A stretch of 64,000 nt of DNA from an uncultured Gemmatimonadales bacterium (GCA_963709905.1 CAVPYI010000018.1:350214-414213); one strand, 5' to 3'; shown: positions 27,659-37,583, counted from the first letter of the stretch. Numbers and translations are program-made. The notes: generated by a model from the letters alone, not told the origin.

Positions 27659-29017
27659 TCACAACCCGTACTTCTCCTTCCGCCGGTACATCGCCGTGCG
27701 ACTCAGTCCCAACGCCTTGGCGGCTTCACTCACGTTGCCCCCGGTTCGGGCGAGTGCCTTCTGCACCAGCAGCTTTTCGACTTCCTCGAGGGTGAGCTGG
27801 TCGAGTCGCACCGCCTGGTCGGCGGGCGGGGCCAGCGCCAGGTCGGCCACCCGGATCTCGGTGCCATCGGCCAGCAATACCGCCCGCTCGATGGTGTGGT
27901 CGAGCTCCCGCACGTTCCCGGGCCAGCCGTAGCGGAGCAGCGCTTCGACGGCGTCCGGCCGAAAGCCGGTGATGGGCTTCCGGTAGCGGCCGGCGTGCCG
28001 GGACAGGAACTGGGCCGCCAGCGGCGGGATGTCCTCACGCCGGTCCCGGAGCGGCGGAATGGTGATCTCCACGGTGTTGAGGCGGTAGAGCAGGTCCTCA
28101 CGGAACCGGCCGGCGGCAACCTCGGCGCGGGGGTCGACGTTGGTGGCGGAGAGCACGCGGACGTCTACCTTGCGGGTCTTGGACGATCCGACGCGCTCCA
28201 ACTCGCCGGTGTTGAGCACGCGCAGGAGCTTGGCCTGCTGGCCCGGGGTGATGGTGGCGATCTCATCCAAGAGGAGCGTGCCCCCGTCGGCCAGCTCGAA
28301 CCGGCCGATCCGGTCGGTCTTGGCGTCGGTGAAGGCGCCTTTCAGGTGGCCAAACAGCTCGCTCTCGAATACCCCTTCGGAAAGCCCACCCACATTCACC
28401 GTGATCATCGGGCGGCTGGCGCGAGGGCTGGCAGCGTGCAGCCAGCGGGCGGCGATCTCCTTACCTACCCCGTGTTCACCCAGGATCAGGGCGTTGGCGT
28501 CGGATGGCCCGACCCGCTCCATCAGGCGAGCGACCTGCCGCATCGCCGGAGACTCGACCACCAGGTCCGGCAGCCCCTCGCGCTGGAGTGTCAGGTTCTC
28601 GCTCTCCAGTCGCTGGCTCCGCTTGAGCGCGCGGCCCAGTTCCACCTGGGTGCGCAGCACTGCCACCAGCCGGTTGTTGTCCCACGGCTTCTCGAGGTAG
28701 TCGCGGGCACCGCGGCGCATCGCCTCGACCGCACCCTCGACGCTGCCGTAGGCGGTCATGACGACCACGGGGAGCGACTGATCCAGCAGCTGGATCCGGC
28801 TCAGAAGGTCGAACCCCTCGCGTCCCGACGTGGTATCGCGGGTGTAGTTGAGATCGATGAGCAGGACGTCGAAATCCTTGAGCTCGAGCGCGACCAGCAC
28901 CCCGCCGGGCGAGGCCGTGGTTTCCACCTCGAAGCCTTCCCCCTTGAGCAGGAGCCGAAGCGCCTGGAGGACGTCCGGCAGGTCGTCGGCGATGAGGACG
29001 CGGGGGGTGGGAGCCAT
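27659..29017 (-). CDS. sigma-54-dependent response regulator (REC-AAA+-HTH_8, NtrC family)
   Basis: 452 aa. REC domain VLIADDLPDV..DVLLIDLNY; Walker A GEHGVGKE; GAFTDA variant of the GAFTGA loop; LLLDEI; NVRELDH; C-terminal GNVSEAAKALGLSRTAMYRR. Confidence 0.95.
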   Translation of the reverse strand: MAPTPRVLIADDLPDVLQALRLLLKGEGFEVETTASPGGVLVALELKDFDVLLIDLNYTRDTTSGREGFDLLSRIQLLDQSLPVVVMTAYGSVEGAVEAMRRGARDYLEKPWDNNRLVAVLRTQVELGRALKRSQRLESENLTLQREGLPDLVVESPAMRQVARLMERVGPSDANALILGEHGVGKEIAARWLHAASPRASRPMITVNVGGLSEGVFESELFGHLKGAFTDAKTDRIGRFELADGGTLLLDEIATITPGQQAKLLRVLNTGELERVGSSKTRKVDVRVLSATNVDPRAEVAAGRFREDLLYRLNTVEITIPPLRDRREDIPPLAAQFLSRHAGRYRKPITGFRPDAVEALLRYGWPGNVRELDHTIERAVLLADGTEIRVADLALAPPADQAVRLDQLTLEEVEKLLVQKALARTGGNVSEAAKALGLSRTAMYRRKEKYGL

Positions 29018-29020
29018 TAA

Positions 29021-29048
29021 CCGTCGGCCGTCAGCCGTCAGCCGTCAG
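29021..29048. repeat. heptamer array CCGTCGG/CCGTCAG x4 (left arm flanking the four-helix-bundle gene)
   Basis: Direct reading. Begins 4 nt after the start codon (minus strand) of the response-regulator gene. Confidence 0.85.
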
Positions 29049-29141
29049 ACCGTGATGCAACGAATTGCGCTGAGGTGCGGGATTCTGATCACTCATCTCC
29101 TGAGCGAGACAGCTTGAGGCACCCACGCGACGGGGACGATC

Positions 29142-29501
29142 GTGCAGAATTTCAGGAAGCTCAAGGTATGGCAGAAGGCACATGGTCTGGTGCTGGAAAT
29201 CTACCGGGTGACAGGACCGTTCCCCGCCCGGGAGCGGTTCGGTTTGACCGATCAACTCCGTCGTGCTGCGATATCCGTTGCGGCCAACGTCGTTGAAGGT
29301 ACCGCCGAGGCGACCGACCGCGAAGCGGTCAGGTTCCTCCGAATCTCGCTGGCGTCGGCTGCCGAGGTTGAGTACCACCTGATGCTCAGTCATGATCTCG
29401 GGCTCCTGCCGGCCGGCCCGCACGCGGAACTTGAGCGACGAACCATCGAAATCAAGCGCATGCTCAGTGGCTTCATCCGCCATCTGTCGGCTGAAGGCTG
29501 A
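29142..29501 (+). CDS. four-helix-bundle protein (TIGR02436 / 23S rRNA intervening-sequence protein family, PF05635)
   Basis: 119 aa, GTG start. FRKLKVWQKAHGLVLEIYRVT..FPARERFGLTDQLRRAAISVAANVVEG..RFLRISLASAAEVEYHL is the family signature. It is the only + strand gene in a 39-kb minus-strand run, and its last codons lie in a heptamer-repeat arm. Confidence 0.85.
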   Translation: MQNFRKLKVWQKAHGLVLEIYRVTGPFPARERFGLTDQLRRAAISVAANVVEGTAEATDREAVRFLRISLASAAEVEYHLMLSHDLGLLPAGPHAELERRTIEIKRMLSGFIRHLSAEG

Positions 29502-29514
29502 TGGCTGACGGCTC
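29484..29514. repeat. heptamer array CTGTCGG-CTGAAGG-CTGATGG-CTGACGG (right arm, imperfect reverse complement of 29021-29048)
   Basis: Direct reading. Encodes the last 6 codons of the four-helix-bundle gene and abuts the stop of permease paralog 1. Confidence 0.85.
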
Positions 29515-31917
29515 TTACTCCGCCCGCATCGCCACGACCGGATCGACCCGCGCCGCCCGGCGGGCCGGTCCGATGGTGGCCACCACCGCCGCGACGGCCA
29601 GGATGAGGACGGCCCCGCCCAGGGCGACCGGATGATCTGGCGTCACCTTGTACAGCAACCCGCGCAGGAATCCGACGGTCGCGATCGCCGCGAGGCTCCC
29701 CGCGATCACCCCGATTCCCACCAGGCGGCCGCCATCCCACAGCACACCGCGGAGGATTCGGACCGGGCTGGCGCCCAGCGCGAGTCGAATCCCGAATTCC
29801 CGTTGCCGCTGCTGGGCGATGAAGGCCAGCAGGCCGTAGACGCCCGCGGTGGCCAGGATCAGCGCCATGGCGGCGAGTCCGCCGAACATCAGCAGGTGGA
29901 ATCGTGGAGCGGCGGTGGTCCGCGCGAGCTGCTCGCTGAGGGGCGCGAGACCGCCCACCGGCTGATCCGGATCGAGCTGATGCACCACGCCCTTGATCAG
30001 GGCAATCACCGAGGCGGTCGGTCCGGTCGCCCGTACGACCAGGTTCATGCTGCCGTACGCAGGGTACTGCCGCAGCGGCACGAAGACCTCGGGCCGCGGA
30101 TCCACCTGCAACCCACGGTGGCGAACGTTCCCTGCCACCCCGACGATGTCCAGCCAGCCGTTGCCACCGCCAACCCTGATGCGGCGACCGAGGGGGTCCT
30201 CCTCCGGGAACCAGAGGCGCGCAAGCTCCTGGTTGATGATCGCCACCGGGGGACTGTCCTCGCGGTCGGTGAGGCTGAATTCGCGTCCTCGCACGGGGAT
30301 GTCGAGCACGCTGAAGTAGCCCGCCGTCGCGATCCGGAAATCCACCTCCTCCCCGGGAGGGACCTCGCGACCGTCGATCGCGAACGGGATGTCGTGGTCC
30401 ACTCCCGTCGTTGCCATGGGCGTGGTGGTGGCGAACGCCGCGCCGGCGACCCCCGGGTTCTCCTGGAGCCGCTGGACCACCTGCTCCATGAAGGCGTACT
30501 GCTGATGATTCTCCGGAGAGCGGCCACTTGACAGACTCAGATTGGCCACCATCACCTGTTCCGGAGTGAAGCCCGGTCGTTCACCGAGCAATCGTGTGAG
30601 GCTCAGAATCAGGAGCGTCGCCGATACGAGCAACACCGTCGAGAGCGCCACTTGCGCGGTCACCAGCCAGTGCCGGAGCCGGGCTCCCGCCTTGCCGCCA
30701 CGGCCACCGGCGCGCTCGCGGCCTACCAGGTCCATCAATCCGCGGTGGCGGTGGTACCGGGCTGGCACCAGACCGACCAGGACGGACACGATGACCGTCA
30801 GCACTGCCACGGCTCCCAGGACCGCAGCGTTCAGCCGGAACTCCCGCCAGTGGGTCAGCAGACCGGGATCGTAGTCGAGGACGAATCGTGTGAACCAGAT
30901 CGCCAGCACCACGCCGATCGTCGAGCCTAGCCCGGCCACGACTACCCCCTCGGCGAGCAGGGTGCGGACCAGCCCTCCGACCCCTGCGCCGAGGGCGGTC
31001 CGGATCCCCAGTTCACGAGCCCGAGCCAGACTCCGTGCCAGCGACAGGCTGACCACGTTGGCTCCGGCGATCAGCACGAGAGTCACGACAGCGGCTCCCA
31101 GCAGAATCACGATCTCCTTCGACGGCACCAGCACATCCCGGGCACTCCGCACCCGAACCGTCCAGCCGGCATTCGCCTTGGGATACTGATCGGCAAGCCG
31201 GGCCGCGACGCCGGTGAGTTCCGCTTGAGCGCTGGTCAATGACGCCTCGGGCCGGAGCCGTCCCAGCACCTGGAACATCCGTTGGGTCCGGGTCGTCCGC
31301 TCATGTTCGGCCAGCACCAGGGGAACCCAGGCCGCGATATCGTCGCGGTCGGGGAAGCGGAACCTGGCCGGCATCACACCGACCACCGTCACCGGGGCGC
31401 CGTCGAGCTGAATGGCCCGGCCCACGGCGCCGGGATCGCCACCCAGCCGGGTCTGCCAGAAGCCATGGCTCACGAGGGCCACCGGGGTGCCACCGGGCCG
31501 CTCGTCTTCGGGCGTGATGGAGCGGCCTATCGCCGGCCCGACCCCGAGCAGGGGGAACAGGCTGGCCGTGGTTCTCACAACGCTCAACTCGACCGGCTCG
31601 CCCAGCTCGGTGAGGTTGAATCCCCACACCGTCCAGGCAGCGAGGCCGCTGAACGATGTCGCCTGACTCCGCCAGTCGGCGAAATTCACAGCGGACGCCT
31701 CGTCCACCCGGCCCTGATCGGGCTTCTCCTCGGAAAGCACCACCAGGCGATCCTGATCGGGAAACGGCAGCGGCGCGATCAGAATGGTTTCGGCCAGACT
31801 GGCTACCGTCGTGAATGCTCCGATGGACAGTCCGATGACGAGTACCACGACCACCAGGAACACGGGTGCCCGGAGAAGCGACCGCCAGGCCCGTCTGATT
31901 TCGCGCAGGAACTCCAT
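29515..31917 (-). CDS. ABC permease, duplicated MacB_PCD/FtsX architecture (ADOP family), paralog 1 of 8
   Basis: 800 aa. N-terminus MEFLREIRRAWRSLLRAPVFLVVVVLVIGLSIG and C-terminus [16 protein letters not shown]. It has the most divergent N-terminus of the eight. Confidence 0.9.
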   Translation of the reverse strand: MEFLREIRRAWRSLLRAPVFLVVVVLVIGLSIGAFTTVASLAETILIAPLPFPDQDRLVVLSEEKPDQGRVDEASAVNFADWRSQATSFSGLAAWTVWGFNLTELGEPVELSVVRTTASLFPLLGVGPAIGRSITPEDERPGGTPVALVSHGFWQTRLGGDPGAVGRAIQLDGAPVTVVGVMPARFRFPDRDDIAAWVPLVLAEHERTTRTQRMFQVLGRLRPEASLTSAQAELTGVAARLADQYPKANAGWTVRVRSARDVLVPSKEIVILLGAAVVTLVLIAGANVVSLSLARSLARARELGIRTALGAGVGGLVRTLLAEGVVVAGLGSTIGVVLAIWFTRFVLDYDPGLLTHWREFRLNAAVLGAVAVLTVIVSVLVGLVPARYHRHRGLMDLVGRERAGGRGGKAGARLRHWLVTAQVALSTVLLVSATLLILSLTRLLGERPGFTPEQVMVANLSLSSGRSPENHQQYAFMEQVVQRLQENPGVAGAAFATTTPMATTGVDHDIPFAIDGREVPPGEEVDFRIATAGYFSVLDIPVRGREFSLTDREDSPPVAIINQELARLWFPEEDPLGRRIRVGGGNGWLDIVGVAGNVRHRGLQVDPRPEVFVPLRQYPAYGSMNLVVRATGPTASVIALIKGVVHQLDPDQPVGGLAPLSEQLARTTAAPRFHLLMFGGLAAMALILATAGVYGLLAFIAQQRQREFGIRLALGASPVRILRGVLWDGGRLVGIGVIAGSLAAIATVGFLRGLLYKVTPDHPVALGGAVLILAVAAVVATIGPARRAARVDPVVAMRAE

Positions 31918-31927
31918 GCTGCCTCCC

Positions 31928-32602
31928 TTATGATGCGTCGCTGCCGACCATCCACCCGTCCTTGAGGTTGATGATCCGGCGACCGTAGCGGGCGTTCTCT
32001 TCCGAGTGGGTCACCTGAATGATCGTCGTACCTTCCGTATTGAGCTGGCGGAACAGCTCCATGATTTCCCGTCCCTGGGCGGAGTGCAGGTTGCCGGTGG
32101 GCTCGTCGGCGAGCAGCAGCGGTGGCCGGGAGATGACCGCGCGGGCCACGGCGACCAGCTGCTGCTGCCCACCCGACAGCTGTCGGGGATAGAGATCCTT
32201 CTTGCCTACCATCTTGAAGCGGTCCAGGGTGTCCGCGACCAGGGCAGCCCGCACGGAGCTCTTCATGTCCCGATAACTGAGCGGCACATCGAGGTTTTCG
32301 GCGACGGTGAGATCGTCCAGCAGGTGATACTGCTGGAACACGAATCCGATACTGGCCCGCCCGAGACTGTTCCGTTCCTTCGGCTTCAGTCGGTGAACCG
32401 GCTCGGCCTGGAAGTGGTACTCGCCGGTGAACTCGCTATCGAGCATGCCCAGGATGGCCAGCAGCGTGGATTTCCCCGCCCCGCTCGGCCCCATGATCGT
32501 GACGAACTCGCCCGGCTGAATCTCCAGGTTGATCCGGCGCAGGATCCAGGTCGGGGACGGCTTGGTCGGGACCGATTTCTCGAGGTCGATCAGGCGAATC
32601 AC
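31928..32602 (-). CDS. ABC transporter ATP-binding protein (MacB/LolD-type), copy 2
   Basis: Real domain inside ORF 31928-33274, started at GTG 32602 ([10 protein letters not shown]..) just after the upstream permease stop. Walker [10 protein letters not shown], signature LSGGQQQ, Walker [12 protein letters not shown]. Confidence 0.9.
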   Translation of the reverse strand: MIRLIDLEKSVPTKPSPTWILRRINLEIQPGEFVTIMGPSGAGKSTLLAILGMLDSEFTGEYHFQAEPVHRLKPKERNSLGRASIGFVFQQYHLLDDLTVAENLDVPLSYRDMKSSVRAALVADTLDRFKMVGKKDLYPRQLSGGQQQLVAVARAVISRPPLLLADEPTGNLHSAQGREIMELFRQLNTEGTTIIQVTHSEENARYGRRIINLKDGWMVGSDAS

Positions 32603-32625
32603 GTTGGCTCCATTGGCAATATCGT

Positions 32626-35103
32626 TTAGTCCGCTCTCAATGCGGCCATCGGGTCCACCCGCGAGGCGCGGCGGGCGGGGAGATAGCTGGCCACCAGGGT
32701 GACGGCACCCAGCAAGACGGCCACTCCGGCCAGCGTCACCGGATCGCCCGGCGTTACTCCATACAGTAGCGAGGCCAGGACCCGGGAGACGGCCAGAGCG
32801 CCCAGCACCCCCAGCACGAGTCCGTACACGGCCACCCGAGCGCCTTCGGTCAGCACGAGGGAGCGCACCGCCGGGCCGTCCGCGCCCAAGGCCATGCGGA
32901 TCCCGATTTCCCGCGTCCGACGGGCGACCATGTAGCTGAGCAGGCCATGCACTCCGGCAACGGCCAGCAGGAGTGCCACCCCGGCGAAGAGGCCCAGGAC
33001 GGTCGTCGTGAAGCGCTCCTGGCCCGTGGAGTTGGAGAGCGTGGTCGCCAATGGCTCCACGCCGAACAGCGGGAGGGCCGGATCCAGTTCCCGGACGATC
33101 GCCCGGATCGCCGGTGCCAGCTCCGCGGGATCGTGACGGCCCCGAACCAGCAGGCTGCCACCGCCGGCCGGGGCTTGGGTGATTGGCAAGTACACGGATG
33201 GCGGAGTAGCGCTGGACAGTCCGTGGATCCGCTCGTTGCCGATGACTCCGACCACCGCTCGTTCCCGGCCCCACATCCGGATGCGCTCGGCGAGCGGATC
33301 CCGGTCACCGAAGAACCGTTGTCGGGCCGTTTCGTTGATCAGAACGACCGGACTTGCCTCAGTGTCGTCGGAGAGAGTGAAGCCGCGGCCGGCAAGCAAC
33401 GACACCTGCATCGTCTCGAGGTAACCGGCGTCGATCCGCCTGATGGATGGCTCGGGCCAGTCCGCGGCTTCGGCCTCGCGGCCGGGGACCGCGATCGAGT
33501 TCGTGAAGCCGGCATCGAGCGGGTGGCTGCCGGCGATCGTCACCGAGATCACGCCGGGCAGGGCCGCCACGCGGTGTCGCAGTTCGTCCGTGAATCGATG
33601 TACTTCCGACCACCGCGGCCAGTTCGCGAAATTCCGCGGATACCGGCTCGTGGGGAGCTGGTATTCGGCTTTCAGTATGCTCCCCACCTGAAACCCCGGA
33701 TCGACCCGCCGCAGTCGCCACAGACTGTTGATCAGCAGCCCGGCCCCGACCATCAGCATCACTGCCATGGCCAGCTCGGCCATCACCAGCGCCGAACGAA
33801 ACCGGCTGTGGCCGCGACTCGCCGTCGCGCCGCGCCCCGGGTCGTTCTCGAGGGCGAGTCGAAGACCATGACGGCGGGCCTGCAGCAGGGGGAGCAGCCC
33901 GAACACCAGCGCAACCACCGCGGTCACGACGGTCGTACCCAGCAACACCCGGGCGTCGATGCCGATGCTGCCGACGCGGGGAATGGAGGCGGGAGCGAGG
34001 TCGACGAGCAGCTCGAGCAGCCCGTAGGCAAGGGCAACCCCGGCGAGGCTCCCGACGAGGGTCAGGACGATGCCCTCTGCCAGGAACTGCCGCGCCAGGC
34101 GCCACGAACTGGCTCCCAACGCCACCCGGACCGTCACGTCGTGCATCCGGGCCGTACCGCGCGCGAGCAGAAAATTGGCCACGTTCACGCACGTCACCAG
34201 CAGCACCAGGAGGACGGCACCGAGCAGCAACAGCAACGCCGGACGCACCGGGCCGAAGACCACGCTGGGCAGCGACTCGACGAAGGCGCCCCGGGCATCG
34301 TTCTCGGGGTAGGCGCGCTCGAGTTCTGCCGTAATGGTCGCCATCTCCTGCTGGGCCTGGCTCAGGTTCGACCCTGACGCCAGCCGCCCAACCACGATGA
34401 TCGGATGGGTCTGTCGCGGCAAGGCGACCGGGTCGGGCGCCAGCGGAACCCACAAGTCGACCCGGGTCTGCCCGCCGCGCTCGGCGAACGCCCGTCCATA
34501 AGTTGCCGCTCCCAGGATCTGAAGGGCACCGAAGTCCGCTCCGGCTTGCAGCACGCCGACAACCGTCCGCGGAGTGTCGTCGAGGATGATCTCACGTCCG
34601 AGGACCGCCGGATCGCGATCGAAGAGCCGCTCCCAGAGCGCTTCGCCGATCAGCGCGACCGCCGGGCCGCCTGGTCGATCCTCTTCGACAGTGAAGGTGC
34701 GGCCGAGCAAGGGAGAGACACCCAGCATCGGCAGAAACCCGTGCCCCACGGCCAGGGCCGGAAGCCGGGCAGGCTCGCTTCCCGACTGATTCAGGTTGAG
34801 TTCGGCGCCGTTGAACGCCGAGAGCTGCTGAAAGCGCTCGCTCCGCTCCTGAAAATCCAGGAAGTCGGGAACTGAGGCGGGTTCCCGGACGGTACCGCTC
34901 TTGCGATCGGTCTCCCACACCAGGGCGAGCCCTTCCGGGTTCGCGAATGGCGTCGGACGGAGCAGTACGCCGTCCACCACACTGAAGATGGCGGTGTTGG
35001 CTCCGATCCCGAGCGCCAGAGTTGCGACGGCCACGAACGTGAACGCCGGCGTCCGGCGCAGGGCACGCAGCGCGTACCGCAGATCGGCCATGATGTCCTT
35101 CAT
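32626..35103 (-). CDS. ABC permease, ADOP family, paralog 2 of 8
   Basis: 825 aa. [41 protein letters not shown].. and C-terminus ARRASRVDPMAALRAD. Confidence 0.9.
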   Translation of the reverse strand: MKDIMADLRYALRALRRTPAFTFVAVATLALGIGANTAIFSVVDGVLLRPTPFANPEGLALVWETDRKSGTVREPASVPDFLDFQERSERFQQLSAFNGAELNLNQSGSEPARLPALAVGHGFLPMLGVSPLLGRTFTVEEDRPGGPAVALIGEALWERLFDRDPAVLGREIILDDTPRTVVGVLQAGADFGALQILGAATYGRAFAERGGQTRVDLWVPLAPDPVALPRQTHPIIVVGRLASGSNLSQAQQEMATITAELERAYPENDARGAFVESLPSVVFGPVRPALLLLLGAVLLVLLVTCVNVANFLLARGTARMHDVTVRVALGASSWRLARQFLAEGIVLTLVGSLAGVALAYGLLELLVDLAPASIPRVGSIGIDARVLLGTTVVTAVVALVFGLLPLLQARRHGLRLALENDPGRGATASRGHSRFRSALVMAELAMAVMLMVGAGLLINSLWRLRRVDPGFQVGSILKAEYQLPTSRYPRNFANWPRWSEVHRFTDELRHRVAALPGVISVTIAGSHPLDAGFTNSIAVPGREAEAADWPEPSIRRIDAGYLETMQVSLLAGRGFTLSDDTEASPVVLINETARQRFFGDRDPLAERIRMWGRERAVVGVIGNERIHGLSSATPPSVYLPITQAPAGGGSLLVRGRHDPAELAPAIRAIVRELDPALPLFGVEPLATTLSNSTGQERFTTTVLGLFAGVALLLAVAGVHGLLSYMVARRTREIGIRMALGADGPAVRSLVLTEGARVAVYGLVLGVLGALAVSRVLASLLYGVTPGDPVTLAGVAVLLGAVTLVASYLPARRASRVDPMAALRAD

Positions 35104-35124
35104 GATTTCACTCCCGGCTGACGT

Positions 35125-37566
35125 TCACTCGGACCTGAGCGCCGCCATCGGATCCACCCGCGCAGCGCGCATCGCCGGCAGCCAGCTTGCGGCGAGCGCG
35201 ACCGCCAGCATGAGTCCGGCGACCCCGAGCAGGATCAGTGGATCGAATGGAGAGACGTCGTACAGGATGGCTCGCACCCACCGACCGCTCATGATACTCA
35301 GGCCGAGACCCAGGCCGATACCGATCAGCCCGCGTCCCAACCCCTGCCAGACGACCTGCCGACGGATGCGGGACGGATCGGCGCCAAGGGCCAGCCGAAT
35401 GCCGATCTCACGGGTCTGGCGCTGGACCGCATAGCTCAGCAGCCCGAAGAGCCCGACCGCCGCCAGCGCCGCCGCCAGGCCCGCGTACAGCAACGCGAGG
35501 AACGAGAGCAGGCGCTCGGTGTTCGACGCGAGCTCGAGGTGGCCAGCGAGCGAACGCACGGCGAAGACCGGCAGGCCGACGTCCAGTTCCCGGACCGTCT
35601 GGCGAATCAGGGCGGCGACCGAGGCCGGCTCGGTTCCCGCCCGGGCCCGGACCAGCAGGGTGCCGGTCAGCGGTGGATCCTGCAGGGCCGACAGATATAC
35701 GACCGGGGTCGGACCCTCCCGAAGCGAGCGATACTTCCCGTCGGCCACGACGCCCACCACCACCGCCGGCCGGGTCGAGTCGCCGGAGAGGAAGATCCCC
35801 CGGCCGAGGGCCGACTGGTCGGGCCAGTATCGGCGGGCCATCGCGTCATTGATTACCGCGACCAGTGGTGCCTCACCGCGGTCGATGGTCTCGATGGCAC
35901 GCCCCCGGAGCACCGGGATCCCCAGCAGGCGGAAGTAGCCTGGGCCGACCATGTTGAGATCGAACTGGACTTGCTCCCTGGGCACGGCCGAGGCCTCGAG
36001 GGCCGTCGCTTCGAGCCGCATGCCCCCCCGACTGGGGTTCACGATCCTGGTCACGCTGGCGCCATCAACCAGCGGCGAACCTGACAGCCGCCGAACCATC
36101 TCCTCCCAGAATTGCATCGCCCGCGCGTCGGTGTAGCCCCGCGCCTGCAGGTCGACGGTCGAGAGTTGAATGCCGGCCGGATCGTATCCCGGCCGGACCG
36201 ACGCCAGGCGGCGGGTGGTGACCGCGAGGAGACCGCCCGTAAATACCAGCACAACGGCCAGGCTGAGTTGAGCGACGACCAGCCGGGTCCGGAGCCGCTG
36301 GCCCGCCGGGTCACCGGAGGTTGTGGCCGCGCGAAAACCGGATCCGACCTCGAGACGTGACGACCAGAAGGCCGGACCCGCCGCGATTCCTGCAGCCACC
36401 CCGAGGGCCAGCAGGGCGAGCAACCCGAAAGCGCGGAGATCGAGACCCTCCGGGATGAGCAGCTGCGCTCCGAACAGCGTGCGGAGTGTGGGCGCGGTGG
36501 TCGCCAGCCACGCCGCTACTCCCAGGCCGGCGCCGGCCCCAAGCAGGGCGAGCAGAGCGCCCTCCGCCAGGAACAGTCGGGCCAGGCGCCCTCGGGTAGC
36601 ACCCAGCGCCACCCGGATGGCGAGCTCCCACTGTCGGGTAGTGGCGCGGGCGAGCAGGAGGCCAGCCAGATTCAATCCCGCGATGGCGACAATGATGAGC
36701 GAAGCCGCAAACAAGACCCCCAGCGGCTGCCGGAGATCTCCCACCAGGTCGGTGAATCCGGCCGCCCCGTCCCGGAGCAGGATCCGGGACCCGGCCGGGA
36801 GCAGACTGTCCGCCACGAGCGCGCCTGACAGCCCCAGGGTCTGCGCCGCGGCTCCGGTCCGACTGGTTCCCGGCGCGATCCGGGCGAGGACGTCGAGCCA
36901 ACTGACGCTGCGGCGCTGGTACAGGTCCGAGAGGCCCGGAATCGTGGTGGCGGTGATTGGGATCCAGGCGTCTTCCGCGGCGCCGCGAACCGGACCGAGA
37001 AAGTCCCGCGGAGCGACACCAATCACGATGAACGGGGAACCGTTGAGGGTAACGGCGCGTCCGAGCACCGCCGAATCGGCGCCGAAGCGCGTCCGCCAGA
37101 GCGCGTGCGACAGCACCGCGACCGGCTGCCCCGCCCCGGGCACGTCCTCCTCGGTTGAGATCTCGCGACCCAGCGAGAACCGGACACCGAGCGCGGTGAA
37201 GAACCCGGCGGACACGCCGGCCGCCTCGAGCCGGATGGCTTCGTCCCCAAGCTGCAGGGTGAGATTGGTCGGCGCATGCGCCAGCACGGCGTCGAAGGCC
37301 CGGGTGCGGTCGCGGACGTCCCGGTAGAGCGGATAGGAGAGATTCGCATTCGCGTGAGCCTGCCCCTCCCGGCCCACGACAATCTGGACCCACCGGTCGG
37401 GATCGCTGCCCGAGGGCAGGGGCCGCAGGAGCGCCCGGTCGAGCACCGAGAAAACAGCCGTCACGATACCGAACCCGAAGGCCAGCACCACGACGATGAC
37501 CAGCGACAGCCACGGGTTCCGCCGGATGGATCGCGCGGCGTACCGGAGATCACTCAGGGCGTTCAC
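35125..37566 (-). CDS. ABC permease, ADOP family, paralog 3 of 8
   Basis: 813 aa. MNALSDLRYAARSIRRNPWLSLVIVVVLAFGFG.. and C-terminus [15 protein letters not shown]. Confidence 0.9.
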   Translation of the reverse strand: MNALSDLRYAARSIRRNPWLSLVIVVVLAFGFGIVTAVFSVLDRALLRPLPSGSDPDRWVQIVVGREGQAHANANLSYPLYRDVRDRTRAFDAVLAHAPTNLTLQLGDEAIRLEAAGVSAGFFTALGVRFSLGREISTEEDVPGAGQPVAVLSHALWRTRFGADSAVLGRAVTLNGSPFIVIGVAPRDFLGPVRGAAEDAWIPITATTIPGLSDLYQRRSVSWLDVLARIAPGTSRTGAAAQTLGLSGALVADSLLPAGSRILLRDGAAGFTDLVGDLRQPLGVLFAASLIIVAIAGLNLAGLLLARATTRQWELAIRVALGATRGRLARLFLAEGALLALLGAGAGLGVAAWLATTAPTLRTLFGAQLLIPEGLDLRAFGLLALLALGVAAGIAAGPAFWSSRLEVGSGFRAATTSGDPAGQRLRTRLVVAQLSLAVVLVFTGGLLAVTTRRLASVRPGYDPAGIQLSTVDLQARGYTDARAMQFWEEMVRRLSGSPLVDGASVTRIVNPSRGGMRLEATALEASAVPREQVQFDLNMVGPGYFRLLGIPVLRGRAIETIDRGEAPLVAVINDAMARRYWPDQSALGRGIFLSGDSTRPAVVVGVVADGKYRSLREGPTPVVYLSALQDPPLTGTLLVRARAGTEPASVAALIRQTVRELDVGLPVFAVRSLAGHLELASNTERLLSFLALLYAGLAAALAAVGLFGLLSYAVQRQTREIGIRLALGADPSRIRRQVVWQGLGRGLIGIGLGLGLSIMSGRWVRAILYDVSPFDPLILLGVAGLMLAVALAASWLPAMRAARVDPMAALRSE

Positions 37567-37583
37567 GGCATCGCCTCCAGAGG

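Noticed and set aside
29142-29501. Diversity-generating retroelement suggested by the Avd-like four-helix-bundle gene
   Set aside because: There is no reverse transcriptase gene and no template/variable repeat pair with A-specific mismatches anywhere in the window. The tandem repeats of the nearby surface protein are ordinary domain duplications.
31928-33274. N-terminal extensions of ORF-track entries (31928-33274, 42503-45223, 37584-40073, 16499-18487, 15738-16793, 14137-15657, 1625-3199, 10716-11366)
   Set aside because: The extensions overlap the preceding gene or a repeat array and are Arg/Pro/Gly-rich. Internal starts reproduce the canonical N-termini of the respective families, so the shorter models were used.
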